From the NCBI GenBank assembly GCA_021848825.1, contig JAJZTQ010000008.1:14999-78998 (forward strand): a stretch of DNA of 64,000 nucleotides, in the 5' to 3' direction. Source of the stretch: Pseudomonadota bacterium (GTDB taxonomy: Bacteria; Pseudomonadota; Gammaproteobacteria; Burkholderiales; JABEVD01). The translations under genes were made by a program, and so were the position numbers. Shown piece by piece: positions 58,845-64,000 of the stretch (the first letter of the stretch is position 1; each line of letters starts with the position of its first letter). The notes under the pieces were generated by a model, which was not told the DNA's origin, did no database searches, and worked only from the letters and a program-made list of their open reading frames with translations.

Positions 58845-61535
58845 CTATGTCCCGCCCGCCCCGAAGCGGCGGAGGATTGCCTTTTCGGCTTCGACTGCCA
58901 GAAATACCCCCAGCGCCAGAGCGAAAATGACGAGCCAGGAATGCAGGTCCAGCGCCCTGGTATGGAAGAGTTCCTGCATGGGACGATAATAGGTGAACAG
59001 AAGCTGCAGGCCGATCAGGATTGCGCTCATCCAGCAGGCCATCGGGTTGCCGGCAAAGGCGTCAAGGGTGAAGGCAGTGTCGGTGAAGTAGCGCGTATTG
59101 AAAAGGTAGGCGAGCTCCCCTGCGACCAGCACGTTGACCGATGCGGTGCGCGCGGTCTCGATGTCGCTGGCGCGCATGAGCTCCCATTCGAACGCCGCGA
59201 AGGTCACCCCTATCATCAGCAGGATCACGTAAAGGATGCGGAAAGCCATCCTGCCGGTGAGCAGCGCCTGCGATGGCGGCGAGGGCGGGCGAAGCATGAC
59301 ACCCTCCTCGGCTGGCTCGAAAGCCAGCACCAGGGAGAGGGTCACTGCCGTGACCGTATTCACCCAAAGGATCTGGCCTGCCGTGACGGGCAGGGAAAGT
59401 CCGGCGAAAACGGCCACCATGATGACGCCCGCTTCACCGCCGTTCGTGGGCAGCATGAAAAGCAGCGATTTCCTGATGTTGTCGAAAACGACACACCCCT
59501 CCCTCACCGCCCTCGCAATCGTGGCGAAATTGTCGTCGGTCAGCACGAGATCCGCCGCTTCCCGGGCGGCATCCGTTCCCCTGTTTCCCATGGCCACGCC
59601 GATGTCGGCGGCCTTGAGCGCAGGCGCATCGTTCACGCCGTCCCCGGTCATGGCGACCAGTTCTCCCCTGGCCTGCATGGCGGTCACGAGACGAAGCTTG
59701 TGCTCCGGACTCGCTCTGGCGAACACGTCCGCTTCCATGCTGGCATGCGCGAGCGATGCGTCGTCCATGATCTGGATTTCCCTGCCCGTCACCACGCGAC
59801 CCGATCCGAGTCCGAGCTTTCGCGCGATGGCCACTGCCGTTGAAGCATGGTCTCCGGTGATCATCTTGACATGGATGCCTGCCCGGCGGCAGTCCGACAC
59901 TGCGGCAATCGCTTCCTCGCGGGGAGGATCGATCAGACCGACCATGCCGAGCAGGGAAAAGCGCCTTGAAATGTCTTCCATGGAGAGCGCAGTGGCGCCG
60001 ATGGGCATTTCGCAACGCGCCAGCGCCAGGATGCGCAGCCCGTTTCCAGCCGCGTCCTCCATCCTGGCTTCCCATGCAGCACGATCGATCGTGCCGCCAT
60101 CCGCGTCCTGAGCGCACAGTTCGAGAATGCGTTCGGATGCCCCCTTCAGCATGACGAAAGCATGGCCTTCATGGTCGTGATGCAAGGTCGCCATGAAGCG
60201 ATATTCGGAATCGAAAGGGATTTCGTCGATCCGCGGCATTTCCGCCGAAACAGTCGAGGGATCCAGTCCGGCCTTGTGCGCGAGCGTTAGAAGCGCGCCT
60301 TCGGTTGGGTCTCCCACGAGCTGCCATTCCGCGCCTTCCCTGAGGTGGGCGTCGTTGCAGAGCAGTGCACAGCGCGACAGCGCCTGCAATCCCTGATCCA
60401 GCGCGGGTTCGATCATCCCTTCCTTCGAATGAAAGCCGCCGTCAGGCGCATAGCCGACGCCGCTCACTTCCAGCGTGCGGGCGGGCAACATGACGCTCAC
60501 TGCGGTCATCTCGTTTCTGGTGAGGGTTCCCGTCTTGTCCGTGCAGATCACCGTCACGGAACCCAGGGTTTCCACGGCAGGCAGCCGCCGGATGATGGCC
60601 CTGTTTCTCGCCATGATGCGGGTCCCGATGGCAAGGACGATGGTGACGACGGCAGGGAGCCCTTCCGGAATGGCAGCCACCGCCAGCCCTACGACAGCCA
60701 GAAATGTGTCGAACATCGACATGCCGCGAATCAGGTAGCCGTAAATGAATGTGGCAAGCCCTGCCAACAGTATGAACAGGGTGATCTGCCGGGAGAACCG
60801 ATCGAGGCGGCGGGTGAGCGGCGTCTCCACCGTCCCGACTTCGCCGACGAGCATCCCGATTCGTCCGATTTCCGTCGCTGTGCCGGTTGCGACGACGAGC
60901 CCGTGCGCCTGCCCGGAACCGACCACGGTCCCTGAATAGGCCATGCAGGTGCGATCGGGTGTTGGTGTATTCGCCTCCACCGCTTCCGTTCCCTTTTGCG
61001 CCGCTTCCGATTCGCCGGTAATCGCCGCCTCGGAGACGCGCAGGTTTTTTGCGTTGAGCAGGCGCAAATCTGCCGGAACGCGCATGCCCGACTCCAGCAG
61101 CACGATATCCCCCGGCACCAGGAGCTGGGCGTCGATTTCGTGGCGCTCGCCTTCGCGAAGCACGGTTGCTCGGTTTGCCAGCATGGCCCTGACGCCTTCC
61201 AGCGCTTCCTCGGCGCGGCCCTCCTGCACGAAACCGATGATGGCATTGACGAGCACCACGGCGGCAATCACGGCGGCATCCGTGTAGTCCTTGAGCCAGA
61301 ATGTCATGATTCCGGCAGCGATCAGAACATAGATCAGGGGATTGTGGAATTGCAGGGCGAATCGAAGCATGGCGCTTCGCCTTCCCTGCACAGGCAGGCC
61401 GTTTTTTCCGTATTCGGCGAGCCTGCGCTCTGCTTCCTCGTGGCTCAGACCGGCGGCGCCTGACGCGGAAAGGATGCGCAGGGCCTCGTCGGGAGACAGT
61501 GCATGCCAGTTCGATGTGAATTCGTTTCGCGCCAT
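58845..61535 (-). CDS. P-type cation-transporting ATPase (type II, Ca2+/Mg2+-like)
   Basis: DKTGTLT, TGES, MITGDH, TGDGVNDAPAL and ten TM helices. The stop codon directly abuts the katG stop. Confidence 0.9.
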   Translation of the reverse strand: MARNEFTSNWHALSPDEALRILSASGAAGLSHEEAERRLAEYGKNGLPVQGRRSAMLRFALQFHNPLIYVLIAAGIMTFWLKDYTDAAVIAAVVLVNAIIGFVQEGRAEEALEGVRAMLANRATVLREGERHEIDAQLLVPGDIVLLESGMRVPADLRLLNAKNLRVSEAAITGESEAAQKGTEAVEANTPTPDRTCMAYSGTVVGSGQAHGLVVATGTATEIGRIGMLVGEVGTVETPLTRRLDRFSRQITLFILLAGLATFIYGYLIRGMSMFDTFLAVVGLAVAAIPEGLPAVVTIVLAIGTRIMARNRAIIRRLPAVETLGSVTVICTDKTGTLTRNEMTAVSVMLPARTLEVSGVGYAPDGGFHSKEGMIEPALDQGLQALSRCALLCNDAHLREGAEWQLVGDPTEGALLTLAHKAGLDPSTVSAEMPRIDEIPFDSEYRFMATLHHDHEGHAFVMLKGASERILELCAQDADGGTIDRAAWEARMEDAAGNGLRILALARCEMPIGATALSMEDISRRFSLLGMVGLIDPPREEAIAAVSDCRRAGIHVKMITGDHASTAVAIARKLGLGSGRVVTGREIQIMDDASLAHASMEADVFARASPEHKLRLVTAMQARGELVAMTGDGVNDAPALKAADIGVAMGNRGTDAAREAADLVLTDDNFATIARAVREGCVVFDNIRKSLLFMLPTNGGEAGVIMVAVFAGLSLPVTAGQILWVNTVTAVTLSLVLAFEPAEEGVMLRPPSPPSQALLTGRMAFRILYVILLMIGVTFAAFEWELMRASDIETARTASVNVLVAGELAYLFNTRYFTDTAFTLDAFAGNPMACWMSAILIGLQLLFTYYRPMQELFHTRALDLHSWLVIFALALGVFLAVEAEKAILRRFGAGGT

Positions 61536-61682
61536 CTGTTCCCTATCCTGCCGATGGTGTTTCCGGACGGCTTGGTCGCTACGCCCGCGCCCTCTGAATC
61601 TTTTCGCCGAAGACCATGAACGTCACGTTTTCATCTTAGAACAGAATCATCGCAGCAGCGTCCGAGCAGGCCAGGCTGGCCT

Positions 61683-62060
61683 TTGCCGGCGGGAAATCAG
61701 GGTTTCAAGGGAATGAATCACGGCGTCCGGCGCAGGCGGCCGAAAGACCCGGTCGTGATTCACTCGGATCAGGGAGTGCAGTATGGCAGCGACGACTGGC
61801 AGCGCTTTTGCACAGCTCACGGACTGGAAGTCAGCATGAGCCGCAGAGGCAACTGCTGGGACAATTCGGTTGCAGAATCCTTCTTCAGCAACTTGAAGAA
61901 AGAACGCATCCGAGGAAAAACCTACATCTCTAGGAAGGAAGCCAGGCAGGATGTGTTCGATTACATTGAGGTTTTCTACGACCGGAAACGACGCCACACT
62001 TTCCCTGGTGGCGTCAGTCCGGTAGAGTTTGAAGCGGCTGCCTCAAACCGGCAGCGATAA
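61683..62060 (+). pseudogene. IS3-family transposase (OrfB) C-terminal remnant
   Basis: IHSDQGVQY...SMSRRGNCWDNSVAESFFSNLKKERI...VFDYIEVFYDRKRRH is the end of a DDE/rve domain. About 170 N-terminal residues and orfA are missing, and there is no ATG start. Confidence 0.8.
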
Positions 62061-62096
62061 CCGTCTACAAAACTTGGGACGTACCAGGAGAGTGAA

Positions 62097-62888
62097 ATGT
62101 GCCAGTTGCTCGGAATGAACTGCAACGCTCCCACCGATATCTGTTTTTCCTTCACGGGATTCCGGAAGCGGGGGGGAGGAACCGATATACACAGCGACGG
62201 GTGGGGTATCGCCTTTTTCGAAGGCAAGGGCGTCCGGCTTTTCGTCGATCCGCAGCCGTCCGCACGATCCCCCTTCGCTGAATTTGTCCGCCATTACCCC
62301 ATTCGATCACTCAGCGTCATCGCGCATATCAGGAAGGCGACCCAGGGCAGGGTGGCCCTCGAGAACACGCACCCGTTCATCCGCGAACTTTGGGGAAGAT
62401 ACTGGATCTTCGCACACAACGGCAACCTCCCCCATTTTCATCCTTTGATCAACGGCGCTTTTAAGCCCGTTGGCGAAACGGACAGTGAGCGCCTGTTCTG
62501 CTGGATGCTGCAACGCCTGGCAGCGCGTTTCGGCGATGCGATGCCAGAACGCGCGCAGCTCTTTTCTGCATTGAGCGACGTCGTTTCCGAATTGGAAGGG
62601 TTGGGAACGTTCAATTTTCTCCTATCCAACGGGACCTGCCTCGTTGCACACTGCTCGACCAATCTCGCCTACATTGTGCGGCAGGCCCCTTTCGCAGTGG
62701 CCCATCTGAAGGACGAGGACGTTACAGTCGATTTCAACGAACTGGCCGCCAGCCGCGACCGAGTCGCGGTGATCGCCACCGCACCGCTTACTGACAACGA
62801 AACCTGGACGATCATGGAGCCGGGTACGTTGTGGATGTTCCACGAAGGCCAGGTGGAGTGCGTATCTGGCGGTCATCAAACGAAGTGA
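62097..62888 (+). CDS. Class II glutamine amidotransferase (YafJ-like)
   Basis: MCQLLGMN N-terminal nucleophile Cys2; 263 aa. Confidence 0.8.
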   Translation: MCQLLGMNCNAPTDICFSFTGFRKRGGGTDIHSDGWGIAFFEGKGVRLFVDPQPSARSPFAEFVRHYPIRSLSVIAHIRKATQGRVALENTHPFIRELWGRYWIFAHNGNLPHFHPLINGAFKPVGETDSERLFCWMLQRLAARFGDAMPERAQLFSALSDVVSELEGLGTFNFLLSNGTCLVAHCSTNLAYIVRQAPFAVAHLKDEDVTVDFNELAASRDRVAVIATAPLTDNETWTIMEPGTLWMFHEGQVECVSGGHQTK

Positions 62889-63096
62889 CCATGCCGGAAG
62901 AGACGCTCGCCGGGCCGATTGACCTGGCCGATTCGGCTGCATATTGATCTTGATTCGTTCTAATGGCAACAGAATACGGACCTAGGTGAGTTCAAGGACA
63001 GGCTCCGTACTCCAACTTCAACAGGTTGCTATGACAGCGCAGGGCACGGAGTACGTATTCGACCGGATGGTTCGAAGCAGCCAATCCCGCAACCCC

Positions 63097-63552
63097 TCAA
63101 TGCCCATTCAGGATATATATGCCCAGATTCAGTGTGCTGGCATAGGCAACCCAGGCGAGATAGGGAACCAGCAGCCATGCAGCGACCAGATTGCGCGAGA
63201 ATGCAAGCACCGCAAGCCACGCAATCGTGACAAGCAGCAGAACCATGTCCAGCATGCCGAGCAACACCCAATGCTGGCCGAAAAACAGCCAGGACCAAAA
63301 GCCATTCAATGCCAACTGCAGAACCCAGAGCTGCTTCAGTATCCTGACGGAACCTTCGAACAGCAAGACGCCTGCGACTGCGATCATCAAATACAGGACG
63401 GTCCAGGCTATTGGAAAAACCAGGTTTGGGGGAGTCCAGAAGGGTTTGACGAGGCTCGCGTACCAGGCGCCCGGCTTGAACAATGCCCCCGACAAGGCGG
63501 TCACGCCTACGGCCAGGAAACAGAACACCCTGATGGAAAACTTAGTCTGCAT
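63097..63552 (-). CDS. tspO: TspO/MBR tryptophan-rich sensory protein
   Basis: Five-TM, Trp-rich (WYASLVKPFWTPPNLVFPIAWTVLY). Confidence 0.85.
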   Translation of the reverse strand: MQTKFSIRVFCFLAVGVTALSGALFKPGAWYASLVKPFWTPPNLVFPIAWTVLYLMIAVAGVLLFEGSVRILKQLWVLQLALNGFWSWLFFGQHWVLLGMLDMVLLLVTIAWLAVLAFSRNLVAAWLLVPYLAWVAYASTLNLGIYILNGH

Positions 63553-63573
63553 GCCAAAACATCCGAGGGGGCT

Positions 63574-64000
63574 TCATGATTCGGGGGGCTGCGCCTTTCT
63601 CCACACGGAAGGCGGGACGCCCACCATGCGCCTGAATGCCCTGGAAAACGTCGCCTCCGACTCGTATCCGGCTTCGATTGCAATCGCCGCGACTTTTTGA
63701 TTGGTCTCCCGCAAGAGCCTGGACGCAAGCTGGATGCGCCAGTTCGCAAGATACTGCATGGGGGGAAGCCCGAGATATCTGACGAACCGATCGAAGAACG
63801 CGGAGCGCGACATTCCGACTTCATGGGCCAGCGAGTCGATGCTCCAGGTTTTGTCCGGCCTTTCATGGATGAGAGCAAGAGCCTGACCGACGTATCTGTC
63901 GCGCAACCCCGCCAGCCAGCCCGTGGCATCTTCCGGAAGATCCTCAAGATAGCGCCTGGCTGCATCGACGAACATCATCTCCGAAAGCCTTTCCAGAACG
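63574..64000 (-). CDS. AraC-family transcriptional regulator, C-terminal part (5' end outside window)
   Basis: C-terminal HTH_18 (VGMSRSAFFDRF...GYESEATFSRAFRR). The frame stays open to base 64000. Confidence 0.8.
   Translation of the reverse strand, partial: VLERLSEMMFVDAARRYLEDLPEDATGWLAGLRDRYVGQALALIHERPDKTWSIDSLAHEVGMSRSAFFDRFVRYLGLPPMQYLANWRIQLASRLLRETNQKVAAIAIEAGYESEATFSRAFRRMVGVPPSVWRKAQPPES

Noticed and set aside
62889-63096. Inverted repeat CGTACTCC...GGAGTACG in the amidotransferase/TspO gap
   Set aside because: The stem is 8 bp with a ~35-nt loop and has no flanking U-tract or second copy. It is indistinguishable from chance.

Overview
Contiguous 64-kb chromosomal segment that looks moderately GC-rich by eye. 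The gene order (ribF-ileS-lspA-ispH, dapA-bamC, hda/purM-purN, pcnB-folK-panB-panC-panD) is typical of a betaproteobacterium; I cannot place it more precisely without a database search. I call about 60 protein-coding genes, tightly packed with many ATGA or 4-8 nt overlaps. I recognised no rRNA, tRNA or CRISPR array. Main blocks: (1) 1.1-7.7 kb, a sulfate-assimilation unit with cysB divergent from tauE-like/cysI/cysH/cysD/cysN. (2) 7.7-39.5 kb, housekeeping genes. (3) 39.5-51.5 kb, a complete assimilatory nitrate locus: nasT, porin, NrtA-like binding protein, NarK-type transporter, PP2C/Ser-Thr kinase fusion, nirB, nirD and nitrate reductase. (4) 51.5-64 kb, a looser, accessory-looking stretch: desaturase-family protein, ZIP transporter, aminotransferase, thioredoxin/CcdA-like membrane protein, katG, P-type ATPase, IS3 transposase remnant, class II amidotransferase, TspO and AraC. 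I see no obvious defence island or entirely new gene cassette. The signals most worth a second look are listed here. First, the nitrate locus appears wired as a two-level circuit, with NtrC-like sites and sigma54 promoters followed by two paralogous ANTAR-type hairpin/terminator leaders. Second, an uncharacterised tail-anchored PP2C-kinase fusion is translationally coupled to the nitrate transporter. Third, an orphan Tat-exported NrtA-like protein and a porin occur with no ABC partner and no adjacent nasS. Fourth, the sulfite reductase carries two complete siroheme/[4Fe-4S] cysteine motifs plus a long C-terminal extension. Fifth, a ~55-60 bp palindromic element occurs twice and supplies gene stop codons. 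Sixth, a strongly SD-preceded 39-codon ORF is coupled to a thioredoxin/CcdA-like fusion. All protein family assignments come from reading motifs by eye, not from searches.
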